Below, piece after piece: positions 1 to 13,244 of a stretch of 64,000 nucleotides of DNA. Origin of the DNA: Mobula hypostoma. Its lineage: Eukaryota. Where the stretch lies: the NCBI RefSeq assembly GCF_963921235.1, contig NC_086097.1, positions 142,044,001 through 142,108,000 on the forward strand, in the 5' to 3' direction. Within the stretch, counting starts at the first letter, position 1, and every line of letters begins with the position of its first letter. A program made the translations under genes and the position numbers. The notes beneath the pieces are model-generated. The model was not told the DNA's origin. It saw nothing but the letters and a program-made list of their open reading frames with translations, and searched no databases.

Positions 1-1309
1 TCCCCAGTAGTTTCCATCTTTCTGGCTCAATCCCATCTTATTTATGCATCATTCTTTTTACGTGCACCAGAAGAGAAATGGATCTAGACAATTTTTTTGT
101 GTATTGAAATATTTTCTTAAAATTCAATCCTTCCATTTCACCTTCTCCCAAGACAAGAACATGAAGAGCTGAACTGCTAAAAAAAACTCTTTACAACATT
201 AAAAGGCAACATGCAAAATTTCCCATGATACTTTATTTATGCACAGTTATGCTTCTGTAGAGACTCAGTCAAGAATCTGGTTTTAGGATTGGATACCAAA
301 AGTTTTATAGAACATTGTATTTGGAGACAGCCAGGGGATTTTTAGGCTAGGGCAGCAGATGGTCTAAAAGCACATTTACCACCGACAAGATGAGGAAATT
401 AAGTAATGAATAAAAGATCAAGGGTGGAAACAAGAATAAAGTTAACTTCAACACCAGAATGTTCTCTTTTCATGCTAATAACCCAGGTGAACATATGGTG
501 CAAACATTTATTCAAAGGCAAAATACTGTTAATCTCACGAAGGCCCTTAGACTCATTAATGTCCCATAGCAGCATTCCCAATAGCTCTGTTCCCCCTTTC
601 CTTTTGTCTCTGTATCACTGCAACTGTTTGCTCACACAAATGCACATAAATTTCTCTTGATTCTTTCAGCCAATAACCTGCACTTAAAATGTCTACTGTA
701 AATTAGCTCTAACAGCAAGTCTGAGATGTTGGGGGAAAATCGATATGCTCATGGGGAGAACATGTAAGCTGTGCAGATAGCATCCAGATCCCTGAAGCTG
801 AGATACAAAAGCACTAGCTATTGCACAACCCAGACTGGAAATCTGAAACACTGAATGCTTGTTTGTCGGGACACAGCAGAGACCAGCAGCCGGCTTGATA
901 GCAAACCACTCAGAACAATGAGTTGGACCAATAGAAACGTGAGTATTTGCCAGAAACAACACTCTTTTGCAGACTGATTATTTCACCTTGACAGGTGATG
1001 AACTGTTTGCGACCTAACCAGCAGGCTCGGCAAACAACCCTATAAACTAGCAGCCAACCTCTCCTTCATTTCAACAGGAAATACTCGTCATCATGGCAGA
1101 GAATCAACTTTTTTGTTGAAATCCATTCATTGTTATAAGTTCTGTCATTATTCTGACACGTTAGCCAATTTTCTCATATACTGCCAAATGTAATTGTTTT
1201 TCCCTTGAGCATTAAGGGAAATCACCACCATACCAAGCCCATGGGGGCGAATGCACTCCAAAATTGTGAAAACACAAAATGCATACAAAGCTAACATCAA
1301 CATTTAAGC

Positions 1310-1315
1310 TTTATT
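1310..1315 (-). terminator. Candidate distal polyadenylation signal (AATAAA) of map4
   Basis: Minus strand reads TGTA...gaAATAAAgcttaaatg, followed by a GT/T-rich tract (tttgtatgcattttgtgttttc). Confidence 0.45.
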
Positions 1316-3787
1316 TCAAACCTTTACTTGTACAATAAGGACCAAACAATGGGAATTGAATTTTGCCACAATGATGTTGCTTATTAGCGGCCAAACAGCA
1401 AAGCGAGAAGAAAGTTTCCAGAATATTAAATGTGTGCAAGGACGATAGCAGCAGTGGAAATTCTGTACCATTTTGTCCCAGGTACTCACTGCTGCAGCCA
1501 GTTACTGTTTTTACAATCCATTTATAGATTCCAAAAAAGCCTCAAAAATCAACTTGTATTCAGTAACAGCGTACTTTTTCCTAAAAGTCTCACTTCTCAT
1601 CTGAAAATGTAAAAATGACAATTTTTTTGGGGGGGGGGGGAATAGTGCCTCAAACTTATGTTCTGTGACTTTAGTGGACGGATACTTAAAGCTTCAAACT
1701 ATTTCAAAGAAAGATGATAATTTAATGAAAAATAGCCCCAATGAATTTTGAAAGTGTTCTAGCAAAATGAACTGAAATTTCAAGGCCGTTAAAGCCTTCC
1801 CCACTTAAAAAAAATTGGTAGAGAAAATTTATGAAAGACTTCTTTAAAGAATAAAGGTGATTAGCATAAACTGCTAGACAAATTTGCCTACTGACTGCTG
1901 GTTCTAAATGCACCTCAGGGGAGAGGAAAATTTTGGGAAGCAAGAGAAAAGCAAAAAGGAGGAAAAGAGAATGAGAAGATAAAAGTGGAAGGGACAGCGA
2001 AAGAGGAGGTAGGGAATATTTGGGTTGTAATTCCCCTACACTATATCCTCTGAATCTTTCTCGCCTTTTATTTCTAAAAAGTGCTAATCTCTGCCAAATT
2101 CACTTTTGTATCACTGGTTGGAGGCAAAGCACTACCACTGCGTAGTGCAAGGCTGAAACTTAGGCGGACACATTTCCATTGGCAAATGCAGAATTAAAAG
2201 TGAGAAAACACTAATCTTTATACTTCTGTGCCACAGGCAATAATTTATTTAAACCACTGCTTCAACAAAAGTCATTCTATAGTGGAGGTCATGAGGTGAG
2301 ACTCCCCCTTAAAATAGCAGAATCAGCTTTTGACTGGAGGCTTAAGGTCAAAAATACAGATTTTCCCCCTTCTGTTACTTCAGTAAAGCTGTAAGTCATC
2401 CAGTCTCACTGCAGGCACGAACATTTTCTTTCATTCTGGGGATGAGGAAAGGGAACAACTGTGGTGGAGGATATGTTGGTCCTGGTATGGACTACAGTGT
2501 TTTTTTTATACAACAGAATCTACATCATTATACATCAAGCACAATGTCTGTCAAACACACAGTCTCTCTGGAATCAGACGCTGGTCACATTGGTTCCACA
2601 ACCCCAGACGGACTTGGTGCACAGTGCAAACCATCAGTTGATTCAATAAGTTATTGCTTTTTTCCCTCCAAAGGTTGTCAGCTATAATTCCATACAGGAT
2701 TACTTTTTAATCTAAATAGTACATGCAGGTTTTTAAATTTTAGTATTTCAATATTTAAAAGGATCAATACACAAGTAAGTTCATTTTGGAGAGTACCAAT
2801 TCCTGGTGAGACAAAAATCACACTGGTCAGTAACAAGAATATTTTTTGGAGTGGGAAGGGTGAGATGAGGATGTTATGGATCACATTAAACATCACTTTT
2901 GGAACCAGATGCATGTACAATGATTACTGGAACCTCAAAAAAAAAGACTTGCAGTTATAGTGCCTCTATTTCCCTTTCAAAAGTTTCCAAAATGATTTAC
3001 AATCAAGACAAAGTCATCACTGTTGTGGGAATTATACCCAAATGGCTGCTATATCAATTTGCCATAAACAGCTATACAGTAATGAGCACTTAATTGATTA
3101 TCAATACATTTAAAGGTCACATCCTTTTTGAATTCTGTTTGCAGTTACCCCAACCAACAAACACATCAGCTCCTGTCCCTCTAGATATCTATCCAATACT
3201 CTATGAAGATTAATTTTCTGTTTGTCAAGACCAGCCTTCAACTGTAGAAGGTAAAGCCTTAAACTTCCTTCATTAAACATGCATTAGGTATACTCAAGGC
3301 TGAGGTTGAATAGAACCCAAGACTAGTTTCACTAATCCACCCACACCTCACCATGAACTTAGAAGAGCCAAGACCAATTGTGCAGTCCCTAGTGCTGCCT
3401 CGACTGCCTTCATTGTGCAGACCCAAAACCAAATCCACAATCCCCATTCCAAGCGTTCTCTATTCCTCTCCAGGCAGTTCTAACCAGTAAAAATAACAGA
3501 TTTTAAAAGCAACTGAGATTCAGATGATGTCAAGGGTAGAATTCCCAACTCCTGACAAAGACCAATTCACATTAAACCATACAAAGGTAAGAAAACAATC
3601 ACAGCAGCACAAACATCAAAAATCTGTCCAAATACACATGCACATAAACACCTGAAACTGTTGCACCTAGGAGGGTGTACAATACTTTACAAATGGATGC
3701 ATAACATTTTAAGAGTGTTCTTTCAATACAATTGTAAACTTGAAGAAATGTCTCTGGGACTGTTGGGACCAGAGCAATCCCAAGCGT

Positions 3788-3793
3788 TTTATT
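3788..3793 (-). terminator. Candidate alternative polyadenylation signal (AATAAA) of map4
   Basis: Minus-strand AATAAA in repeat-poor, AT-rich sequence downstream of the stop codon. Confidence 0.3.
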
Positions 3794-5624
3794 GAAATCA
3801 ACAGATCAGTTCTGTGCAAATGTAATTTTTTGTACTGAAATTAATCAAACATACTTCCACATGTAAACGTATTTTTTTCTCTGGTAGGAAGGTTGAAGGG
3901 AAAAGCGAGCAGATCAGACCAATTAAAATAAAGTCACTCCAAGAAGTCAACAAAACTCTATAAATGTCATTAATACCTTTCAGTTTCAAATCCAATTTCA
4001 CTTACATCTGGGTATTAGTGCAGATATTTAAACAATGATATTATAACCAGTCATCTAGAACTACTCTGAATTATGTATGAAGAGCAATAGAATGCTATAT
4101 ATTTTAATATGCTTGAGTGATTCTAAATAGTGTTTGAAACATTAAGTACGGGTTTGAATGCAATTGCAATCATAAGCTAACAAGAGGCAATTGTGATACC
4201 AGGCAAACTGGTAGAGAGGCAGTAAATCCCTTTGAAAATTTAGATGAGGGATAATGAACAATGAGGGTTGAACTTGTTCTTTTCTGAGCAACTTTAAAAC
4301 AATGTCTGTCAAATTTTGATCGATAAGATACATTAGTTTATCACTGAACGATCTATTGGTATGTGAAATCCAGATGCATCTCCACAATTCCTCTTTACCC
4401 TCTTACCCCTGGAATTTCCAAAGATAAGAGATCCATCTGTGCACCTCATACTACAGGCAGTACACGGAAAGGAGGGAAAAGGTGAATGCCATGCTTCTAC
4501 ACACGTCTAAGCCTCACTCCATATTTACTAGAGTTGGAGTAAACTAAATACATTCCCTCCTCTGAGTGGCTCTCCACAGTTAAGGAAAACACTCAGTGAT
4601 CATGTAAACAATTTAAAGATTCCTCAGAAATGAACAACGTTACATACAGACAACTCTGGAGTTGTCCCAGAACCCAGCCTCTTCGGACTAACCCTTTTAC
4701 TTGATTCTCTGCACAAAACTACAGCCCTACCCTACAATAATGAAACCAACCTCAACAATTTAACTTGAATCTCAGCTGTCCCATTGGAGACCAATTACCA
4801 AACTTACCAATTATACCGTAGTACACATGTACATGATTGCACCGTACAGTTAGAGCATGTGCAAGACTTACCATTTTAGTATTTAGATTTAAAAACCACA
4901 CAGAATCAACATAGGCACAGGCTCTACTCACATATCTTGTCTTGACAGAACAACTATAAAGGTCTCATACTAGCTTGCTCTTTCCTACACAAGGGTGCAT
5001 CAAGTCTAACTGCTTTTCTATCCTTGCCCCTTCATAAAACTCTGCACAAACATCACTTCTACATACAGCTGCTACCCTGCTTACCAACCACTAAAAACAA
5101 TTTTACAAATCCTAGCTGACTCAAACTCTGTCCTTCATCCCTCGTAGAACAACTTTTAAGGCTGTGCTCCATATGACACAACCTTTAAGATTATATTGCT
5201 TAGAAAAGTGTTAATAGTATTGTTTTTAAATCACTATTCATTATACAATTGTCAGTACTTCATCACCAAAGATTAAACTTGAAGAATTCTATAAGTTAAA
5301 CAATTTACAGTTCTTTTTAAAATCAAACAAACACTGAGGCAGAAACAGAAGCTGCAAAGATTGTAGGATATATGTCTGGTTTATTCACTAACAGGACTTG
5401 TTCTTAATGCAAAAAACATATAGACAATGGCTATGTGCCATGTCCAAATGTGACCATTCCCTTCCCATCCAAGTTCTCCTTCAAACTGGATACAAGCAAC
5501 TGCCAAGTTTCATAGAGATGATTGCACTCTTGTTCCAAAGAGGACTTTAGTTGAATTACTGGGTGTGTGTGTGTGGGGGGGGGGGGTGGAGGTCAGGAGG
5601 GCATAATTTTCTTAACATTAATGT

Positions 5625-6365
5625 ACTGTAGGAATCAATGCCAGGACCCTTACTGTTTGTTATCTATAGCAACATTCTGGATGTGAATGTAGGAGGTACA
5701 AATTTTAAGTTTGAAGATGATGCTGCTGTTCATTATGAGGAAGGCGGTCTTGGGCTACAGGATGATATTGATCAGTTAGGAACATGAGAACAGCCATGCC
5801 TTACTCTGATAAACGTGAGGTGATGTATTTTGTAAGCACTAATAAGGGTCAGCACAGTGAATTTATAGAGGTATTGATATATAGAGCTAAACCTTGGTGT
5901 GCAGGTTCAATGAATCCCTCAAAATGGCAGCACAGGAGTTACGATCATTAAAGAAGCATATGGGACTCATGTTTATTAGTCGGGGCACGGTAAACAAGAG
6001 CATGGAGATTATGGTACAACTTTGTAAAAGTGATTGGCTATAGCTGGAGTACTATGTGCTGATCTGGTTATCACGCTATAGGAAGGACATGATTGCATTG
6101 GAGAAGGTAAGGTGCAGAGGAGATTTACTAGGATGTTGTCTGGGCAGGTGCATATCAATGATGAGAGAATAGATAAATTGGACTTGTTTTTCTTGGCGTT
6201 CAGGGATGAAGGCAGAGACTTATAACATCTAAGACAAGCATATGAATCTCCAATGCATAGAGGCCATGGCAAATGCTGAAAAACGGGATTAGTACAGATG
6301 GGTACTTGATGGTCAACATGGATATGGTATGCTTAAGGGCCTGGCATGTCTTACATGACTCTAAT
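5625..6365 (+). mobile_element. Old, degraded CR1 LINE 3' fragment
   Basis: Remnant GPLLFVIY...KF.DD RT motifs and CR1-type C-terminal sequence, with many stops. Confidence 0.75.
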
Positions 6366-8534
6366 AATGAGCTGCTCTAGGTCAATTCAAAAATAAGACT
6401 TGTGAACATCTTATAAAAGGTGCTTACAACAAAACAACAAACATCCATTTCAACAATAGCTGCTCGGATTGAGGAATAAATTTACACATTTTGAAAGAGG
6501 AATGTGGTATTTAAAATATTACTATTAATCTGCCTGAGGGGGTGGTGAAGACAGACACTCAATTAGCATTCAAATAGTATTTAGATGAGTGCTGACAAAG
6601 GGGATTCAAATCGGTAAATGCTTGATGGCTGGTATGGATATGGTGGGGTGGGTAAAGGATGCGGTTCCACACTGTATGATTTTTATTTATCTGGAGCATG
6701 GACACTTCAGCCATGCATTCACACAAAATATCAAAAAGAAACATTTCTACTTTACACAACTAAGGACCCTTGTTCCTCTGTATATGAGTTAAGATTTCTT
6801 TTTGAAAGATTTAAAGACTGTAATGTTTCTTGTATATGTGGCATTCAAATGAAGGATGAGAAGGGGTCATCTTTCTTTGGGGAAAAGAAGCAGGAGGAAA
6901 GAGTTTGGGTAGGAAGAAGAGGGAAAACAAAATCCTCCTACTTAAATGAAAACAAACAATAACAATGAACAGAGGAAAGTAAATAAAATTTTCAATGACC
7001 AACCTTCATAGGTGCTGAATGACCTGAATTTTTCCAGAAATTTGTAGTTCACTTTTTGTTTCACCGAATTTAAGTTGCTGTTTCACTTTAGAAGAGGCAA
7101 AATGCAGAATAGGGAAAGATGCATCAATACCAAGAGACCTTGGTGAACTTGCAGCAATTCAGCCAGAATGTCTAGATCTCGCTCCTGGACTGAAAGCGAT
7201 CTCTCTGAAGGGTGCATAGTGGAAGGGAAAGATTTGACAAATTGAGTTTAACCCTATTTGCCTTCCTTTAGACTAATAACGAGTGTCCAGGCGCATCCTT
7301 TTAAAAATATTTCCATTTGGCCTCCTAGCATCCAACTAGCTACTGACAACATCCGTACTTCCACACAGCTCTCAGAAGTAGTTCATCTGGTTTAATCCTA
7401 CTGGCTTTTCATTTCAGATATAGTATCCAGTTCAATAACTAATCTCCACCGAAATTCCAGCTTCAACGCTGAAACAATTACTTGAGCTGGAGGCAATAAT
7501 TAAAGGCAGATGGGTAAAGAGAAAGAAATGAGCCTAATTATATAGCTCTTTCTAAGAGTCAGCACTGGGACAAACAGCTTTCTTCTATAACTCTGTGAAC
7601 TCCAGGCTAAGTTGCATCAGAGTGTATTAATTGAAACGGACAGGGAAAAAAAAGTTATTAAAAATTCTCTCAGGGAAGATAAGTGACTCTTTATAAAGTA
7701 TTTTGGGCAACAAACCTTTTAAGGTTTGAAGGTTGCTCACCGCCGTTCATCAAAAAACATTATACTGTACTTTAAAATAATCTATTTTTATGTTCCTCTT
7801 TTAACTCATTTCCCCCGGTTATCCATTCCAAATGTGCAAATTCAATTTGTTTTGTCAATATTTTTTGACATTGATAATATTTACAGGAAAAAAAAGAGGC
7901 AAATAATGAAAGAATACACCATAATGGTAATATTTAGCAGAAATATGCTGTTCAGAGTTTCCCAAGCAATTAGACTCAAGAAGAGTAAAATCCCTTTAAA
8001 AAATTATTATAGCCGTCATCAGTGCAAGGGCAGGTTGTGGTTCAAGGATGTCGGAGAATTCAGGAGAAAAATGGGAAAGACAAAAAGTTGAGGAAAATAA
8101 TTTTTTAAATATGAAATATTCCCTTCAATTACATGTGCTATCTGAGAATGTTGGGGCAAGATTCACCTTCCCCGAGCGTATGCTATTATACGGTGCTTTT
8201 AAATTGCTTATATCCATCTTATCTGTCAAACTTCGTGATCAGATGATCCAATATACTCTTTCAACCAGTTTACAATACAGTATTGCTAGAGTGGTTGTTC
8301 CATTCAAATTTCAAGCCCACCTTAATCCAGAAGAGTGGAAGTCAGTAAGAATGTAAGTGGCAGAGGTAACAAGAATTTGTATATGGATTTTTTAAAAGAT
8401 AATAAAGATGCAAAATGGCTCCCCAGTCCTAAAATAACTCGAGGAACAAGTCCTTTTTAAAGCACAAATCCTGTTAATGATGCTAAACCTCTTTGTTAAA
8501 TGTAGTTGGAAACAAACATGGAGAAAGTATAAAT

Positions 8535-8741
8535 TCACAAGCTCTGCTGTGCTAGAGTGGCAGACACATATCCAGCAGGAATAGCAAGCTGAGGAGATCC
8601 AAGGGAGCTGAGGCTTTCAGTCAGTGATGTGCTGCAGAGAGGAGAGGTGTTGTCTGAAACTGGGGATTTGTACACAATGTCTGCTCCGTGGTCTGTCCTG
8701 GCCTTGGCGTTCTCACGGAACTTCAGTTTATGAGACTCAAT
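8535..8741 (-). CDS. map4: MAP4 terminal coding exon, tau-like frame ([27 protein letters not shown]...[20 protein letters not shown])
   Basis: Strong acceptor ttttcctcttctgcag|ATTGAG. 68 codons plus TGA, collinear with the tau/MAP2 C-terminus. Confidence 0.93.
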   Translation of the reverse strand: MESHKLKFRENAKARTDHGADIVYKSPVSDNTSPLCSTSLTESLSSLGSPQLAIPAGYVSATLAQQSL

Positions 8742-10367
8742 CTGCAGAAGAGGAAAACAAAATAAAATTTTCTCTACAAACAGAGTCCATAGCACTCTCA
8801 TCCTGGTGGCTTTGTAAATACATTGTAAACCTCAGTACAGAAAATATACACAAGGAAATTCCTGTGTTGTGCCTTTCTTGAATAATACATTAGCTGTTAC
8901 GGAGTACACATTCTGTACACATGGGTTGGAACATAAAGCAGTGTGCGTGAATGGGCAGGGGAAAGAAAAGAGCAATTACTCAGTAAACTCAGCTGGAAAG
9001 TTTATGAATATAGGTATCAACAAGATCAGGATTTACTCTGATGTCATCGGCAATCAAATTGGTGACTGAAACCTGCTGCCAAGACTCACTTTCATTCAAG
9101 TGATTCTTCAAATGCCAATGATCACCCAGATTATTTAACTTTCATAACTGAGATTAATGTTCTCTTGCACAATGACAGCAAATATACATTGTCCAGCACC
9201 ATAAAATAGCAGGAGGATGTCTTCCTCAAATTCTAGCTTTTGGAGAGATGGGGCATTGAAGAGAGGGGGCAGTGGGCCGTGTCCCTCAGCACACCACACA
9301 TTGAAAAATGTCAGTTCTTGGTTCATACAGTTCTAGGTCATTCAGATTCTTGTACTCACAATATCAGGTAACAAGCAGCTCTGCACATAACCAGATTTTA
9401 ATGTGAAAAATAGGATGCATAAAACCAGACTGCTAAATATTCTAAAAGTGAGTGGGTGTTTTGGCACTAAGCATGTCTTCGAGATAAGAATGGAGGTTTA
9501 TGATAGTGTCTGAGTGCACACATCAAAGAGGTAATTTATATTATCTGTATCAAATGGTACAATATAATTAGATACTTCTAATTAACCTTCATTCAAATAA
9601 CAGTTCCTCATTTCTAAGTTACCTGATGTCTATTTTATGTCACTTGATGCTATTTACTAATGTCCCATTGGATAGGAATGGCATGAGTTAGATTCAATAA
9701 AGGTTCCTTTCCTTTTACTCAATGATGGGTAAATCCTGAGTTAGTTATTGAGTAAAACCTCTCCCACACTGCATTAAACACTTCCAGGACTATTACAGCA
9801 TGGATTAGATACTGACTAAAGCCCATTTGCACCATTCAATGGTACACTCCTGCAGAGACGTACAAAATATTAGAAACAAAATGAAGTTCCCTTTGTACTA
9901 TTCAAGCAATCACACACTTCAGAATGTGAACACAAAAGATTATGCACATAGCACAGCTCTTTTTACACTGTTCAATTGAGCTTTGGGTCAGGTACACCAC
10001 AGATAGAAATAATGAAAGTTCAAGTGGTTTTATTTGGTTTGATGCATTGATAAAGAACTTTCTCTGCAGAGTCCTAACAACTTTCTACAGCTCCAATTCC
10101 CATTATATCTTCATACACTTCATGAAGAGCCTATAATTTTACCATTATAACAGGGGCAATATTGTTTTATGGGTCTATATCCATTGAGAAGTTGACAGAG
10201 CATCCAAAGTACAGACAAACATTTCATATCCTATTTTTTTGGGATATGACTTGAATACAATTCCAGAACGAAAGACAAAGAGCAAGTTTACACTAACACC
10301 TAGTTCCCAACTGTTCAACATTCTTTCACAACACTACACAGCCCTTGCAGGCCAAACTTTCACTTAC

Positions 10368-10533
10368 ATGTCTCTTGTATTTGTAACTCTTGGTTGAGAG
10401 TTTCGTCAGACCCGGCAGCTGGGTCCACCCCTACTCCATTTTGCTGTGTCTCACTCTCAGCTTCTCCTGTCAGATCCCTATTTTCTGGAGTCTGACTGAT
10501 TGTTGCTGTTTCTGATTCTTCTTCACCCTCATT
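10368..10533 (-). CDS. map4: MAP4 acidic tail exon (NEGEEESETATISQTPENRDLTGEAESETQQNGVGVDPAAGSDETLNQELQIQET), 166 bp, phase 0 to 1
   Basis: Acceptor tttttag|AATGAG, donor ACAT|gtaagt. Open, acidic frame ending QIQET like the mammalian MAP4 tail. Not in the ORF track. Confidence 0.9.
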
Positions 10534-11129
10534 CTAAAAATACAATCATGGGGTGGGGGTACAATGGTGTATTATTATAGGAGGGCATGAAATGAAATGC
10601 AAAATACATACAAGATTTTCTTTAAAAAACCTAACACATCATGATAAAAAAAATCAAATGCACTGATGGACTGAAATCAAAGCTGGGAATTATTCTTCCA
10701 GGGCCATTCAGGGGAACTGAGGCTAAATGGATTGTCCCTAGCTGCTGAAACGTGGTCCACTGCACCCACGTATTTCCAAAAATACTGGGACTGACTGGTC
10801 GAAGTGGGGAGGAAGAGTGAATTCATAAAGCACCTTATGATCTCAGGAAGTCCCACTGAGCTTCACCATGGTTTGATTGTCACTGCTCTAGTACAGCAGA
10901 ATTTTGATGTTAGTTTCTGCACAGAAAGCCTATGAGAATAGGACAAATAGTCAGCTGCATTTATAAAAGACTTTGGATTAATGCTAGCCAAGAATGCTAC
11001 AGAATTTCCTGCATTATTTAAAAAAAGCATGGAATGTTTCAAAGATTAACACCTAAATAAATAACTGTACCTCAGCACTGCTTGGATTCTCAATTTGGCT
11101 AATGTGCTCAGTGTGGATAATGTAAGGTT

Positions 11130-11460
11130 TGATTAAGACAAATCTACCGAATCTTGAAAGGACTGAATAGAATAGACATCGAGAGGAGGTTTCCAGTCGT
11201 GGGCGAGTTTAGGACAACAGGATACAGACTCCAATTAAAAGAACATCCCTGTAGAAATAACTTTAACCGGAGGGATGGCTGTGGAGGCTAAGCTGCTGGG
11301 TAAATTTAAAGCAGAGGTTGATAGGTTCTTGATTAATAATGCTGTCAAGGGAAATTGGAAGAAGGCAGGAGAGAGGAAATAATAAATCAGTCATGAATGA
11401 ATGGCAAGGCAGACTTGATGGGCTGAATGAACTAATGCTGTTTCTATGTCCTATGGTCTG
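11130..11460 (+). mobile_element. CR1 LINE 3' fragment
   Basis: Similar to the 3' end of the CR1 at 62800-63170; ends gtttctatgtcctatggtct. Confidence 0.75.
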
Positions 11461-12409
11461 GATTTGTGGGCCTGGAGTCATGAAGGACAGTGTAAGCATT
11501 GTAAGGAGAAGAGGGACAGGGAAGTAAGAAGTATTGTCACTAAGGAAAGCTAGTTGTTCAGATTTTAGGATGACAAGATGTAGTAGTTTGTAAGTTTTAT
11601 GAAAAGAAATGAAGCAAATGATATCAAATAAAATCAATGCCCATTGTTCTAACAGACAAGATGTAGCATGGAGGAATGTGCAGTCAGGATATTTGAAGGT
11701 GAAGAGGTGTAAGTTCATTAAAGTTTTGGTAACAGAGAACACAAGACATTTGTGAAAGTGAAAAAAAGATTGGAATTTATTTTCTGACACCAAAGTAAAC
11801 TTGTCAGGAATACTAAAACTGATTTAAGGACCAAATATCAGCACAGGACCTATAACTGAATGGGTTCAGTCTCTCATCTTCAGTCCTCCAGTGCATTTTC
11901 TTTTCCCACCTTCATCTTAATGTTGTAAAAAGATCAGAAAAACTGGACAAAAAAGTCATGACAAATAAGATCACAATTGAAGACACAATCTGTACAATAA
12001 TTCCTGAAGTGAAATTACGTGCACATATTCTGTGTAAAAATATACACCGTTGACACATTGACTGCAATTAAAAAAAAACACTGATACATAAACACAATTT
12101 TCTTGAATGAAATTTATACTGAGAAACTATTATACATATACTAACTTCTTGATTCTTTTTATTTGTTTTCTGTTGAGATGACTTTCTTACTCGGGTTTGG
12201 CTCCTTACTTTTATTTAGTGTCCTTAAGGTGTCTTAATTAAGAGTCCATTATTTATAAATATCTGCAGCTAGTTGGCTGTGAGGGTTTCACTACCAAAAT
12301 TTAATTGATTATTAGCCACCCAAGTCCATTTGGGATGATCAGTTTGCAGGAATGGTGGCCATTTATTCTCCATACTAAACCAGGGTTTCTGACTGACAAT
12401 AAATGTATT

Positions 12410-13240
12410 TTGAACTTTGAACAAAGTACGTATCTATATGTAACTTTAAGATTCATCTCCTTACAGTCAGCCACAAAGAAATCCAATAAAACCCATTAAA
12501 ACAAGACCACCAAAAACCCAATGTGCAGAAAAAAAATCAAATTAAGCAAACAATAAAAGTAAGCAAACAACATTCAGAACTGATGTTCATGAAAATGAGT
12601 CCACAGCCATGAAGCCAGTCACGGCCGATCTAGGAGCTTGTTAGTTGAAGGCCACAGCCTCAGTTCAGTGCAGAGACAAGTAAATCTAGTGACCAGCAAA
12701 CTGAACATCAGTCCATCACTCTCCTCTGGCCTAGCACTGAAATCGTCCAAGCAGTGGGTTGTTCCTCACTGTCGGACCCAGGCCCTGCCGCTTAAAAATG
12801 TTCTTGGGCCTGAGACCCACCATCTTGATTCAGCTCGTATTCAATCTTCCCAGTTTGGCCTGGCACTTAAATTAGCCAAACATCAGCTTTTTCCTCACTC
12901 TCAGGCTTGGACCCACCTCCTTGATTCCGCTTTGCCTCGTTCTACTGCTTCAAATCGGCTCTAAGCCCACTCAAAAATGGCCATACATCAGTTCTTTCCT
13001 CACTCTCGGGCCTGGGCCCCACTGCCTTGATTCAGCACATATTCACCACGCTACAACCGTCGTGCACCTTTGAGAGTTCAACTCACAGTGCAAAAGTGGC
13101 AGGATCAAAAGCTCAACTCTGAAAGGGAAAATACAGGCGATTGATTGCAGTGATCATTTACCAGAAAAAGTGTGATTAATACAGTAGTTAGCAGCTTTGG
13201 TTGCTGTCAGCAAGTCATTGCTGTGTCTCACCATCACCAT
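12410..13240 (-). mobile_element. Unclassified non-coding interspersed repeat with internal ~105-bp subrepeats
   Basis: Its left end resembles short repeat ends at ~34810 and ~56020. Contains degenerate internal copies of ttcctcactctc...ttgattc. No recognisable protein. Confidence 0.45.
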
Positions 13241-13244
13241 TTTA

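Noticed and set aside
1..1300. Possible end of a convergent neighbouring gene
   Set aside because: No recognisable coding exon; only short ORFs and a SINE-like remnant at ~640-820.
11263..11793. 176-aa minus-strand ORF
   Set aside because: Partly antisense to a CR1 fragment, compositionally biased, with no motifs or splice support.
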